DNA of 64,000 nucleotides from Thermoplasmata archaeon (GTDB taxonomy: Archaea > Thermoplasmatota > Thermoplasmata > Lutacidiplasmatales > UBA184), in assembly GCA_022750375.1 (NCBI GenBank), contig JAKIVU010000004.1:25076-89075 (forward strand), written 5' to 3'. The notes below the pieces were generated by a model. The model saw nothing but the letters and a program-made list of their open reading frames with translations. It was not told the DNA's origin and did no database searches. A program made the translations under genes and the position numbers. Below, piece after piece: positions 9,817-18,761 of the stretch (its first letter is position 1; each line of letters begins with the position of its first letter).

Positions 9817-10287
9817 ATGGCGAACCCCACGGCGACCCTGAGGACCACAGTCGGCGACATCCGTATCGAACTGTTCCGCGACCGGGCGCCGAAGACCGTC
9901 GAGAACTTCATCTCGCTCACGAAGAAGGGATTCTACAACGGCGTCCAGTTCCACCGGGTGATCCCCGGATTCATGATCCAGGGCGGAGACCCGAAAGGGG
10001 ACGGGACGGGCGGCCCCGGCTACACGATCAAGGATGAGTTCGACAGCACGCTGCGGCACGACGGCCCGGGGATCCTGTCGATGGCGAACGCCGGACCGAA
10101 CACGGGGGGGAGCCAGTTCTTCATCACGCTCGCCAAGACCTCGCACTTGGACGGCAAGCACGCGGTGTTCGGGCGCGTCCGGGGCGGACAGGATGTGGTC
10201 GAGAAGATCGGCGGCGTCCCGCGCGACTCCCAGGATCGTCCGAAGAGCCCGGTTCGGATCGTCGAGGCGACGATCCAGGGCGCGTAG
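9817..10287 (+). CDS. peptidyl-prolyl cis-trans isomerase, cyclophilin type
   Basis: [15 protein letters not shown] and [17 protein letters not shown] motifs. 156 aa, TAG stop. Confidence 0.93.
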   Translation: MANPTATLRTTVGDIRIELFRDRAPKTVENFISLTKKGFYNGVQFHRVIPGFMIQGGDPKGDGTGGPGYTIKDEFDSTLRHDGPGILSMANAGPNTGGSQFFITLAKTSHLDGKHAVFGRVRGGQDVVEKIGGVPRDSQDRPKSPVRIVEATIQGA

Positions 10288-10299
10288 TCGGATCCCACG

Positions 10300-10797
10300 C
10301 TACGGCGGGTAGTCGAACGGCAGTCGCTCCTTCGGGGCGCTGACGTCCTCGATCAGCGTCACGGCCCCCGCCCCGAGCGCGAGCGCGGGGACGATCAGCA
10401 AGAGGAGGATCAGATTCCCGTACCCGATCGAGACGGTCACCCCGGCCCCCGGGATCCCCAGGTGGTAGGTCGCGTCGAGGAGGATCACGTACAGGTAGAC
10501 GATCGTGACGGCGGCGCTCGCGATGGAGAGCGGGCCGAACGCCGCGGTCGGCTTGAGGATGTAGCGCGCGACGATCAGGATCGTGAGCGCGATCCCCGCG
10601 TACTCGACCGTGGTGATCGGCAGGGGCAGGGCGATGCCGTGCGACTGGAGGAACGTGAGCACCGCGACCGGGACGCCGACCAGGATCACGACGAGCGGGA
10701 TGAGACGGAGGGCTCCGCCGAGGATCCGCCAGCCGAGCGAGGGAACCCGATAGGTTCCCACGGGGGGGCCGGAAGGGGCCGGACCCACGGCCGTCAC
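10300..10797 (-). CDS. polytopic membrane protein, unknown function
   Basis: Trimmed to the GTG at 10797, which overlaps the upstream TGA (GTGA). About 4 hydrophobic helices. Confidence 0.55.
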   Translation of the reverse strand: MTAVGPAPSGPPVGTYRVPSLGWRILGGALRLIPLVVILVGVPVAVLTFLQSHGIALPLPITTVEYAGIALTILIVARYILKPTAAFGPLSIASAAVTIVYLYVILLDATYHLGIPGAGVTVSIGYGNLILLLLIVPALALGAGAVTLIEDVSAPKERLPFDYPP

Positions 10798-11612
10798 GGG
10801 ATCGCCTCTGGGGGAAGCGGCACGGTGAAGCCGCTCCCGACGAACTCGGCGTCCACGTGGCCGCCCGACGGATTGCACCCCGACGCCAAGACGACGTTCT
10901 GGGTCTCATCGTACGAGGTGTCCGAAGGGACGTTCAACGCGAACGCCCCCTGCGAACAATCGGGCCCCGACTGTGGCACGACCTGGTAGGTGAGGCTCCC
11001 TACGTCGGCGAAGTTCGCGTCGTTGGAGAAGGCGAGGGTGACAGGGATCGACTCCGTGCCGTTCACGAGAGCGGGTGTCCCGACCTGGACGGTCAGGTTG
11101 TTGAACGGCGCCCCCCACGAGCGTTCGGTTTGGACGCCGATCGAGACGGAGAACAGGTACGCGTAGCTTGCGTTCCCCCACACGTCCCACTGCAGATACT
11201 GGTTCTCGGTAAGCAGGCTCGTGCCGGCGGCCGTGAGCGGAACATACAGGTCGATGGGAATCGTCTGACTCGCGCCGGCGGGCAAGTTGATCGGACCTAC
11301 GCTCGAATCGACGAGCAGTACGTCGGTGCCGTTCGAGATCCTAAACTGGAGCGCGAACTGCTGGATCGCGAAGTACGTTGGATTCGAAAGGGAGAACGAC
11401 GTAAACACCCCCACCGTCTCGTTCGGCTCGAAGGTGTACGAGGAGTTGCCGACCCGCGGCTGCGACTTTACGACCTGGATGGCCGAGTAGGCGACCACGG
11501 CGACGAACACGATGATGAGCACGAGGACGATCGTGGAGAGGCGGCGAAGGGCGCGCGCGAATCGATAAATGCCGGGAGGAGACGGGCGTTTGGGGTACAG
11601 CGGGCTCGCCAC
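10794..11612 (-). CDS. N-terminally anchored extracellular protein rich in N-glycosylation sequons
   Basis: The upstream part of track ORF 10794-12245 is antisense to the SRPBCC gene. I chose GTG at 11612, just before the TM helix LSTIVLVLIIVFVAVVAYSAI. Many NxS/T sequons (NSS, NET, NPT, NGT, NAS, NLT, NGT). Start uncertain. Confidence 0.55.
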   Translation of the reverse strand: MASPLYPKRPSPPGIYRFARALRRLSTIVLVLIIVFVAVVAYSAIQVVKSQPRVGNSSYTFEPNETVGVFTSFSLSNPTYFAIQQFALQFRISNGTDVLLVDSSVGPINLPAGASQTIPIDLYVPLTAAGTSLLTENQYLQWDVWGNASYAYLFSVSIGVQTERSWGAPFNNLTVQVGTPALVNGTESIPVTLAFSNDANFADVGSLTYQVVPQSGPDCSQGAFALNVPSDTSYDETQNVVLASGCNPSGGHVDAEFVGSGFTVPLPPEAIP

Positions 11613-11774
11613 GGGGCTTGGCCTACCGAATTCAGGTGTACGCCGTCCTTGAATACCTGCCGCCGGGGCTGCGGGCGGCTTGCGGTATCCCGGAGTCCCC
11701 GGCACCCGTCTCCTTCGGCAGCCGAACGGTTGCCTTAAGTATGTCCGATAAATTAGGCAACCCAGTGGTTGCCT

Positions 11775-12263
11775 ATGGGGACGGACCGGATTGAGAAGAG
11801 GGTGCACCTTCACGCCCGACGAGGGCGAGTCTGGCGGGCGCTGACCGATTCCGCGGAGTTCGGCCGCTGGTTTGGAATGCGGTTCGATGGCCCATTTGCT
11901 CCCGGGACCCCCGTGCGGGCGATCCTGGCCCCGAGCTCGGTAGATCGGTCGGGTGACTCCGTTGCCCAAGAGTATGCCGGCATCTCGTTTGTCTTCCACA
12001 TCGAAGAGGTGCAGCCGGAACACCGTTTCTCCTTCCGATGGCATCCGTTCGCGATCGAGCGCGGCTTCGACTATTCGAATGAACCGATGACGCTCGTCAC
12101 CTTCCAGCTGGAGGAGACCCCCGATGGAACCCTCCTCACCGTGACCGAGTCCGGGTTCGATCGAATCCCCCTCGAACGGCGCGCCAAGGCGTTCTCCGCC
12201 AATGAGGGGGGCTGGGCGATCCAGATGCAACGCATCGAGACCCACCTTTCGGGGTCAGGGTAG
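11775..12263 (+). CDS. SRPBCC-superfamily protein (AHSA1/START-like)
   Basis: The N-terminus RIEKRVHLHARRGRVWRALTD..FGRWF is typical for the AHSA1-like family. It lies next to an ArsR-type regulator, a common pairing. Confidence 0.75.
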   Translation: MGTDRIEKRVHLHARRGRVWRALTDSAEFGRWFGMRFDGPFAPGTPVRAILAPSSVDRSGDSVAQEYAGISFVFHIEEVQPEHRFSFRWHPFAIERGFDYSNEPMTLVTFQLEETPDGTLLTVTESGFDRIPLERRAKAFSANEGGWAIQMQRIETHLSGSG

Positions 12264-12282
12264 TCGAGCCGAGGACGGGTCG

Positions 12283-12618
12283 GTGAAGGGGAATGCGCAG
12301 CTCTTCGCCGCGCTGGGGGACGGGACTCGACTCACGCTGGTCGCGCTACTCTCGAAGCGAGGACCGCTCTCCGTCGCGCGCCTCACGGAGCATACCCACG
12401 TCACTCGCCAGGCGGTCTCGAAGCATCTGCGCGTGATGGAACGTGCCGGCATGGTACGCGGAACCCTCCGGGGCCGGACGCGCGTCTGGAGTTTGGAAGC
12501 GGCACGCCTCGAGGCGGCCCGGCGCCAGATCGACCTGATCTCGCAGGAGTGGGACTCGGCGCTCTCTCGGCTCCAACGGCACGTGGAGCAAGGGCGGTCT
12601 GCTTCCCACCGTTCGTAG
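12283..12618 (+). CDS. ArsR/SmtB-family transcriptional regulator
   Basis: GTG at 12283 chosen. LFAALGDGTRLTLVALL and HTH ARLTEHTHVTRQAVSKHLRVMERAGMV. Confidence 0.75.
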   Translation: MKGNAQLFAALGDGTRLTLVALLSKRGPLSVARLTEHTHVTRQAVSKHLRVMERAGMVRGTLRGRTRVWSLEAARLEAARRQIDLISQEWDSALSRLQRHVEQGRSASHRS

Positions 12619-12650
12619 GTCACGACGGGGGTCGGCCCCGTCCGGTCGTC

Positions 12651-13100
12651 TCAGGGCTTCAAGTCGGGGTTGAGCCGGGTCACGTTTCCGTCCGGGTCGA
12701 CCACCTATGCCTCCCAACCCCACGACCTCTTCCTCCGCGGAACGAGGAATCGGACCCCATTCTTCTCGAGGGCGGCGCAGGCGGCCTGGAAGTCTCCCCG
12801 GAGGTCGAGTTGGATCCCGCTGTTCCCCGGTTCGACAGAGCACGCCGGGTCGAAGGTCGGGATATCGCATTGGTGCACTCCCCCATTCTGTCCCTTGCGA
12901 CCGACGACCACCCAGGGCGCGCCCGGCCCGGTGCCCTGCTCGATCACGTCGAGCCCGAAATTCCGCGTGTACCCGGTGACCGCCCTCTTGCGGTCCGCGA
13001 CGACGAGGGCGATGCTGTGGAACGAGGCCTTCGGGACTGGGACGCGAGACCTCTAGACGGGAATGAATCGCCCTGAAGCGGCAGACCGTCCGGTCGACAT
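12651..13100 (-). pseudogene. VOC/glyoxalase-family gene interrupted by two in-frame TAG codons (pseudogene or read-through candidate)
   Basis: Minus-strand frame reads ATG(13100) MSTGRSAASGRFIPV-TAG(13055-13053)-RSRVPVPKASFHSIALVVADRK...GVRFLVPRRKRSWGWEA-TAG(12707-12705)-VVDPDGNVTRLNPDLKP-TGA(12653-12651). The family motif DPDGN lies after the second TAG. It aligns along its length with the intact paralog at 36963-37358. Confidence 0.6.
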
Positions 13101-13146
13101 AACCCCCGCCGGAGTTGGCCGCCCGCCCCGGCGCGACGGGATTCCA

Positions 13147-13219
13147 AGCCACTGGAGGGATTTGAACCCCCGACCTGCTGATTACGAATCAGCTGCTCTG
13201 CCTACTGAGCTACAGTGGC
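13147..13219 (-). tRNA. tRNA-Thr (anticodon CGU)
   Basis: Cloverleaf read by eye: acceptor GCCACTG/CAGTGGC, D arm GCTC..GAGC, anticodon stem GCTGA/TCAGC with loop TT-CGT-AA, T arm GGGGG-TTCAAAT-CCCTC, discriminator T. No encoded CCA. Confidence 0.9.
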
Positions 13220-13246
13220 GCGAACGGGTGGACCACCGGGCGCGGA

Positions 13247-13253
13247 CTATAAT
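13247..13253 (-). promoter_or_regulatory. candidate TATA box for tRNA-Thr
   Basis: The minus strand reads ATTATAG 28-34 nt upstream of the tRNA 5' end. It overlaps the TAG stop of the upstream PLP-enzyme gene. Confidence 0.4.
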
Positions 13254-14500
13254 GGTGCCGCCTTCGAGTGCGTGTCAATCGAGTCCAGCGCCTCCGTGAC
13301 GTCCCGGACCAGGTCGGCCGAGTCCTCGATCCCGAAGGCGAGTCGCACGAGTCCGTCATCGATCCCGGTGGCCTGAAGCTCTTCCTCGGAGAGATGTCGG
13401 TGGGACGTCAGCCGCGGCACGCAGGCGAGGCTCTCCACTCCCCCCAGGCTGGACGCGACGTGGACGAATCGGAGCGACCGCAAGAACTGGTCGACGGCGA
13501 CCCGGCCTCCTCGCAGCGAGAGCGACACGACACCGCCCCGGCCCCGCATCTGGCGCGCGGCGATCTCCTCCTCCGCATCACTCGCGCGACCCGGGTAGTG
13601 GACCCGCGCGACCGCCGGGTGCACCGAGGCCGCCGCCGCGACCCGCGCTCCGCTCGCGTTCTGACGCTCGACTCGAAGCGCGAGCGTCTTCAAGCTCCGA
13701 CCGAGCAGGTAGGCTGCGAACGGGTCGAGGGTCGCGCCGAAGTAGAACTTCGCGTCGACCCGCCCGACGAGCGCTCGGGGTCCCACGAGAGCTCCGGCGA
13801 CCAGGTCGGAGTGGCCTCCAAGGTACTTGGTCGCACTCTCCACGACGAGGTCGGCGCCGAGTGCGAGTGGATTCTGGTTGATCGGAGTGGCGAACGTGTT
13901 GTCGACGAGCAGCATCGCGCTCGTTCGGTCGCACGTCGCAGCCCAACGCGCGATGTCGTGGACGTGAAGCAGCGGGTTCGTGGGACTCTCGAGGAGGACG
14001 AGCCGCGTCGGATTACCGAGCACCGCTTCCGGCATCCCGGCGGCCTCGTCGCGCACGGTGCGCACCCGGACACCGAACCGTGGGAGGAGCTCCGAGAGCA
14101 GGTCGGTGGTTCCTCCGTAGAGCCCGCCGACCGCCACCACCTCATCCCCCGGCTGAACGAGGGAGAGCACCGTGGCGCTGATCGCGCCCATTCCCGACGC
14201 GAAAAGGCGGACCGCCTCGCCGCCCTCCATTTGACGGATCAGCTCGGCAGGGACCTCGACGCTCGGGTTGTCGCTGCGCGTGTAGAGGTAGGTGTTGCCG
14301 TGCTGCGCGGCCTCGGAATACTCCGACGGGAAGTGGTAGGTCGAGGTCTGGTAGATCGGGGGCACTACCGAGCCGGCGTTCCAGTCCGGCCGCCGGGCCC
14401 CATGGACCAGCCGCGTCGTCGGGCCGACCCACGAGGGGATAGGGTCGAACCCCTTCTTGGGAGCGACCGTCGCTTCGGGCTCGCCCGGTGTACTCGTCAC
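13247..14500 (-). CDS. Cys/Met-metabolism PLP-dependent enzyme (cystathionine gamma-synthase/beta-lyase / O-acylhomoserine sulfhydrylase family)
   Basis: PLP-lysine context ESATKYLGGHSDL. YTRSDNPS and DNTFATP motifs. Trimmed to the GTG at 14500, which overlaps the upstream TGA (GTGA). Confidence 0.85.
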   Translation of the reverse strand: MTSTPGEPEATVAPKKGFDPIPSWVGPTTRLVHGARRPDWNAGSVVPPIYQTSTYHFPSEYSEAAQHGNTYLYTRSDNPSVEVPAELIRQMEGGEAVRLFASGMGAISATVLSLVQPGDEVVAVGGLYGGTTDLLSELLPRFGVRVRTVRDEAAGMPEAVLGNPTRLVLLESPTNPLLHVHDIARWAATCDRTSAMLLVDNTFATPINQNPLALGADLVVESATKYLGGHSDLVAGALVGPRALVGRVDAKFYFGATLDPFAAYLLGRSLKTLALRVERQNASGARVAAAASVHPAVARVHYPGRASDAEEEIAARQMRGRGGVVSLSLRGGRVAVDQFLRSLRFVHVASSLGGVESLACVPRLTSHRHLSEEELQATGIDDGLVRLAFGIEDSADLVRDVTEALDSIDTHSKAAPL

Positions 14501-15036
14501 GCTCGTTTTCCTACGGAAGGTCGAGGCAATCCCTCCCGAAGCGTCGCCAGGCGCGCCGGCGCCCGCACCTCCTCGAGGTAGCTCGCGACCGCCGGCGGCA
14601 CCAGCGGCTTCCAGCCGGCGTTGTCCGCGAGAAAGCCCCGGACGAGTTCGCCTTCGAGCCGAGGACGGTCCACGAGCTTCGGGCTCTCCACCGCGTACTT
14701 CGCCTCCTCGAAGAGAAGTCGGGTCAGCGGATTGTTCGTATAGATGCGGTCGAACGACGGGAGCAGCGACTCCACGTAGCGAACCCATAGGGCGTGCCGT
14801 TGGATATCGGGCAACGGGATCGCCACGACGCGGTCGACCTTGGCCTCGCGGAGGGCGCGGGCGATCATCTCGAGGCGTTCGCCGCTCGTGAACGGATTTT
14901 TCCAGGTGTAGGATTCCTGCGCACTGCCGACCCCGAGGATCAGCTCCCGGTCGGCGCTCGACTTTCGGATCTCCTGGACGACGGCGAGGTGCCCCCGGTG
15001 GAACGGTTGAAAGCGCCCGACGAGCAGCCCGCGCAC
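14497..15036 (-). CDS. nadM: nicotinamide-nucleotide adenylyltransferase, archaeal type
   Basis: With the GTG at 15036, the N-terminus reads (M)RGLLVGRFQPFHRGH, as in archaeal NMNATs. GVGSAQES and NPFTSGER motifs. Confidence 0.85.
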   Translation of the reverse strand: MRGLLVGRFQPFHRGHLAVVQEIRKSSADRELILGVGSAQESYTWKNPFTSGERLEMIARALREAKVDRVVAIPLPDIQRHALWVRYVESLLPSFDRIYTNNPLTRLLFEEAKYAVESPKLVDRPRLEGELVRGFLADNAGWKPLVPPAVASYLEEVRAPARLATLREGLPRPSVGKRA

Positions 15037-15049
15037 GGAGCGGCCCAAC

Positions 15050-15292
15050 TCACTCGGGGGTCAAATCTTCCACGTCGTCCAGGAACTCGTCGATGTGGGG
15101 GCAACGAGCGGTAAGGTAGTGCCGGCAGTGGGAGCAATGCTTGTCGTTCCACTGCGGAAGGAGCTGTCGGTTGAACTCGAAGCAGGGTCGGTTCGTGAAC
15201 CGGTCCTCCTCGCCCTCCTCCTCGTCGGGTTCCGTGGGGAATGGCCGCGACGGAAGGGGCGGGTGCACCGGCGTGCGGAACGTGCTCTTCAC
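15050..15292 (-). CDS. small acidic Cys/His-containing protein, unknown function
   Basis: The GTG at 15292 overlaps the lonB TGA (GTGA). 80 aa with C-x16-C-x2-C-x8-C-x-H (CFEF...[15 protein letters not shown]). The competing ORF 14940-15449 is R-rich shadow. Confidence 0.5.
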   Translation of the reverse strand: MKSTFRTPVHPPLPSRPFPTEPDEEEGEEDRFTNRPCFEFNRQLLPQWNDKHCSHCRHYLTARCPHIDEFLDDVEDLTPE

Positions 15293-17322
15293 GACCCCGC
15301 CGGTCGTCCCGGAGGCGTGGTCGGGGTCCCGGAGGCGACCGCCGGCAGTTCTTCGCCAGTGCGGCTCGTGGCGTGGACCATTGCGGCGAGCCGCTCGAGC
15401 AGCGACTCCTTCTTCGTGCCGGCACCGACCAGCGCATACTTGAGAACATCTCGGAGGGTACGGACCGGGATGACCTCGATCGCCCCGCGGTAGCGCGACT
15501 CGAGGACGAGGTCTTCCATGTTGTCTTCGGGGATCAGCACCCGCTTGATCCCGGAGTCGGCTGCGGCCTCGACCTTCGCGGTGACCCCCCCGACCGGAAG
15601 CACCTGGCCCCGGACGGAGAGCGAACCCGTCATGGCACAGGATTGGTCGACCGGCACGCCTTCGAGGGCGCTGATGACCGCGGTAGCGATCGACACCGAT
15701 GCGCTGTCGCCCTCGACCCCGTCCGAAGTGCCGACGAATTGAATGTGGATGTCGTAGCGCGAGATGTCCTCGCCCGTGTACTTCTTGATCAGGGCGCTGA
15801 CGTTCTGCACCGCTTCCTTGGCGATCTCCCCAAGCTTCCCCGTCGCCACGACGACGCCGCCGTCCCGTGTCTGGGCCGGCGTCACCTCCGCCACGATCGG
15901 CAGGACGATGCCGGAGAACTCGGCCATACCGGTCTGCGCGTTGATCGCGGCGAGTCCGTTGACGATCCCCACCGCAGCGCCATCGACCGAGAACATGCGG
16001 TACTCCTTGCGGCGTTCGATGTACCGGTCCGCGATCTGCTGCTCGAGCGAGCGACTCGCCCGCTTCGCGCGGACGACCTGCTCGGCGTGAACGATCGGGA
16101 CGCCTTCGGACAGCGCGATGTCTCCCGCGACCCGCACGAGGCCACCGAGCTCACGGAGGCGGAGCGTCAGCTGGCCGGATCGGCCCGACCGCCGCTGCGC
16201 CTCGCGCACGACCTCGAGCACGGCGGCGGTATCGAAGTGAGGGATCTTCTTGTCCTTCAGGATCTCTTGCGCGACGAACCGCACGAGCTTCATCCGGTTC
16301 TCGTTCGTGTCGGGCATCGTCGTCTTGACGTACAATTCGTAGCCGTAGCCACGGATACGGGACCGAAGCGCGGGATGCATCGTCTGCACACTGTCGATGT
16401 TGCCCGCCGCGACGAGCACGAAATCCGAGGGGACCGGCTCCGTCTTCACCATCGCGCCCGCCGAGCGTTCCGACTGGCCAACGATCGGGAACTTGCGCTC
16501 CTGAAGGGCGGTCAGGAGGGAGTGCTGGCTCTCGATCTTGAGGAGGTTGATCTCATCCAGGAACAGCACGCCGCCGTTCGCGCGGTGGATCGCCCCGACC
16601 TCCACCCGGTCGTGCGGGGGCGTCTCGAGACCACCGGACTGGAACGGGTCATGCTTCACGTCCCCCAGGAGCGCCCCGGCGTGCGCACCCGTTGCGTCGA
16701 TGAACGGCGGACGGTCGTCGGGCGTATGGGAGACGAGGAGTTTGGCGACCCCGACGCCGGAATCGTTCCGACCCCCAGAGAATCGGAGGATCGCGTAGAT
16801 CAGGATCACGATGAAGATCCCGATCAAGAGCGCCGTAAGGTCTGCGGGGTGCGTCGACAGCACGATGTAGAGCGTGAACGCCATCACCACGAGGGCGATC
16901 ACGATGAACAGGATCGTTCGCTGTTCCTTTTTCTGCGCCGCCTCCAGCTTCTGGGCTGCGACGATCTCCTTTCCCTTTCCGGCGGGAACGACCCGGATCT
17001 TCGGCTCGTTCGAGTCGTCGTTGTTGGGGTAGGCAAGGATGTCCTGGAGCTGCTCCTTCGGAAGGAAGTCGACCATGGCGCGGGCGAGCATGCTCTTCCC
17101 GGTGCCGGGCTCGCCGATGAGCATCATATGCCGCTTCTGGGTCGCCGCCTTGCGGGCGACCTCGACGGCTTCGTCCTGCCCAATCACCTGGTCGAGGAGC
17201 CGAGGGGGCACTTCGATCTGGGCCGTGGACTGGAACGGCAGGGTCTGTCCCCACTCTTCGAGAGGAGCGACCGGGGGGGCCTCCGACGGCTGGTTCGACG
17301 GTGTATCCGCGCCTTCTGCCAT
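15289..17322 (-). CDS. lonB: archaeal membrane-bound ATP-dependent Lon protease (LonB)
   Basis: Walker [10 protein letters not shown]. Two TM helices are inserted in the AAA+ domain ([34 protein letters not shown]). Protease Ser context EGDSASV and Lys context [17 protein letters not shown] prefer ATG at 17322 over the upstream GTG at 17391. Confidence 0.92.
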   Translation of the reverse strand: MAEGADTPSNQPSEAPPVAPLEEWGQTLPFQSTAQIEVPPRLLDQVIGQDEAVEVARKAATQKRHMMLIGEPGTGKSMLARAMVDFLPKEQLQDILAYPNNDDSNEPKIRVVPAGKGKEIVAAQKLEAAQKKEQRTILFIVIALVVMAFTLYIVLSTHPADLTALLIGIFIVILIYAILRFSGGRNDSGVGVAKLLVSHTPDDRPPFIDATGAHAGALLGDVKHDPFQSGGLETPPHDRVEVGAIHRANGGVLFLDEINLLKIESQHSLLTALQERKFPIVGQSERSAGAMVKTEPVPSDFVLVAAGNIDSVQTMHPALRSRIRGYGYELYVKTTMPDTNENRMKLVRFVAQEILKDKKIPHFDTAAVLEVVREAQRRSGRSGQLTLRLRELGGLVRVAGDIALSEGVPIVHAEQVVRAKRASRSLEQQIADRYIERRKEYRMFSVDGAAVGIVNGLAAINAQTGMAEFSGIVLPIVAEVTPAQTRDGGVVVATGKLGEIAKEAVQNVSALIKKYTGEDISRYDIHIQFVGTSDGVEGDSASVSIATAVISALEGVPVDQSCAMTGSLSVRGQVLPVGGVTAKVEAAADSGIKRVLIPEDNMEDLVLESRYRGAIEVIPVRTLRDVLKYALVGAGTKKESLLERLAAMVHATSRTGEELPAVASGTPTTPPGRPAGS

Positions 17323-17381
17323 GATGGCGTCTCGACTCGGTCTCCCCGAGCTGTTCGCCGAGAGAACTATGCGGGGGTCTC

Positions 17382-17387
17382 TATAAA
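17382..17387 (-). promoter_or_regulatory. candidate TATA box upstream of lonB
   Basis: The minus strand reads TTTATA about 60 nt upstream of the ATG at 17322, in a locally AT-richer patch. Confidence 0.35.
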
Positions 17388-17505
17388 TCACTTAGGGGGG
17401 ACCAAGGTAACCACGGGGCTCCGGAGGGGCCGGCCGGACGTCAAAAATGATGCCTCAGGGTCGCTCGTTATCTATCGAGCCGGGCTCCCACACTGGGCCT
17501 GAATC

Positions 17506-18396
17506 GTGACGGAGCGATTGGACGGGAAACCGGTCGCCGAGGCCATCGACGCACGGACCCGTTCGCAGATTCGAGAGCGCCCTGGGGGTGCCGCTCCCTC
17601 GCTCGTCAGCGTGCACCGGGCGGCTTCCAGTCCCTTCCAATTCTATCTTCGACGGCAGGCCCGGGCCGCCGAGGCGGTGGGCGTCCGCTTTCGGGACGAA
17701 GCGTTCGCCGCGTCCGATGGGCCCGACGCACTCATCGCCCGCATGCGGACGCTGGACCGCGACCCTTCGGTGGATGCGGTGCTCCTGGAACATCCGTTGC
17801 CCGCACCGTTCGACTTCCTTCGCGCCGTATCCGAGCTCCGGCCCGAGAAGGACGTCGACGGAGTCGGCACGGCGAACCTGGGGCGACTCGTTACGCAACA
17901 CCCCACGCATGTCCCAGCGGTCGCCAAGGCGGCCCTCGCGATCGCTCGCCACTACCGGCTTCCCATCGCCGGGGAGCGGGTCGTCGTCGTCGGCCGTTCC
18001 GAGACCGTCGGCCTCCCGCTCGCCCTGTGCCTCGCGGGTCGCGAGGAAGGGATGAACGCGACCGTCACCATCGCGCACTCGCGCACCACCGACCTCGCGC
18101 GCGCCCTCGCCGGCGCTCGAACGATCTTTTCCTGCGCGGGCCGACCCGGGCTGCTCGACCGGAAGGTCGTGCCCGAAGGGGCCTCGGTAGTGGACATCGG
18201 CCTCTCGAGCATCGCCGACCCCACGACGAAGAGCGGCGTTCGGGCGGTGGGAGACGCGGACGCGGCCTCGCTGGAAGGCTGGGCGGCCGCGTTGACGCCG
18301 GTGCCGGGGGGAGTAGGGCCGGTGACGGTCGCCGAGCTGATGTCGAGCGTCGTGCGAGCTCGTGCGCTGCGGAGCACCGCCGGGGTCTCCCAGTGA
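17506..18396 (+). CDS. folD: bifunctional methylenetetrahydrofolate dehydrogenase/methenyl-THF cyclohydrolase
   Basis: EKDVDG, VVVVGRSETVGLPLA and PVPGGVGPVT motifs. GTG start; a TTATCTAT element lies about 30 nt upstream. Confidence 0.85.
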   Translation: MTERLDGKPVAEAIDARTRSQIRERPGGAAPSLVSVHRAASSPFQFYLRRQARAAEAVGVRFRDEAFAASDGPDALIARMRTLDRDPSVDAVLLEHPLPAPFDFLRAVSELRPEKDVDGVGTANLGRLVTQHPTHVPAVAKAALAIARHYRLPIAGERVVVVGRSETVGLPLALCLAGREEGMNATVTIAHSRTTDLARALAGARTIFSCAGRPGLLDRKVVPEGASVVDIGLSSIADPTTKSGVRAVGDADAASLEGWAAALTPVPGGVGPVTVAELMSSVVRARALRSTAGVSQ

Positions 18397-18761
18397 GCGA
18401 GCCGCCGGCCTCCCCCTCCGCCCCACGGTCCGGCGCGAAGCCGCCGCTTCACTGTCGGGACTGCCCGATGTGGTACGGGGCGGAGGACGACGGTTGGGGA
18501 CCCTGCTCGATCAAGCACCGCCGGGGGGACCGCCGGTATCTGACGTGGGGCGGGCACGAATGTGACGAGGGCTACGTACCGCCGACGACGGCACCGGTCT
18601 TGACGCGGGCGGACGAGTTGAGCGGATTGCGCTCGACCTCGAGGGCGTCCTCGGTCGGGTACACCTCGACCTCGAAGGCGGGCCAGGGAAGACGACGCGC
18701 GACGCGTCGCAAGATCGCCGGGTCGAGCTCGACGCGCCGGCGCGCCGGATCGACTCGATAG
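18393..18761 (+). CDS. possible small Cys-rich protein (3' end doubtful)
   Basis: The GTG at 18393 overlaps the folD TGA (GTGA). Core LHCRDCPMWYGAEDDGWGPCSIKHRRGDRRYLTWGGHECDEGY looks protein-like. The frame then runs about 190 nt antisense into the radical SAM gene before its first stop. Confidence 0.35.
   Translation: MSEPPASPSAPRSGAKPPLHCRDCPMWYGAEDDGWGPCSIKHRRGDRRYLTWGGHECDEGYVPPTTAPVLTRADELSGLRSTSRASSVGYTSTSKAGQGRRRATRRKIAGSSSTRRRAGSTR

Noticed and set aside
12651-13100. Genome-wide reassignment of TAG (or routine pyrrolysine use) as the explanation for the two in-frame TAGs.
   Set aside because: TAG clearly terminates conserved genes here: rps10 at 39751-39753, cyclophilin at 10285-10287, the membrane protein at 2193-2195, and the PLP enzyme at 13247-13249. 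No pyl genes are in the window. A local pseudogene or sequencing error is more parsimonious.
13100-13260. tRNA-Thr flanked by a disrupted gene and an ArsR/SRPBCC pair, as a possible integration site of a mobile element.
   Set aside because: I could find no integrase, no direct repeat of the tRNA 3' end, and no phage or plasmid genes within several kb.
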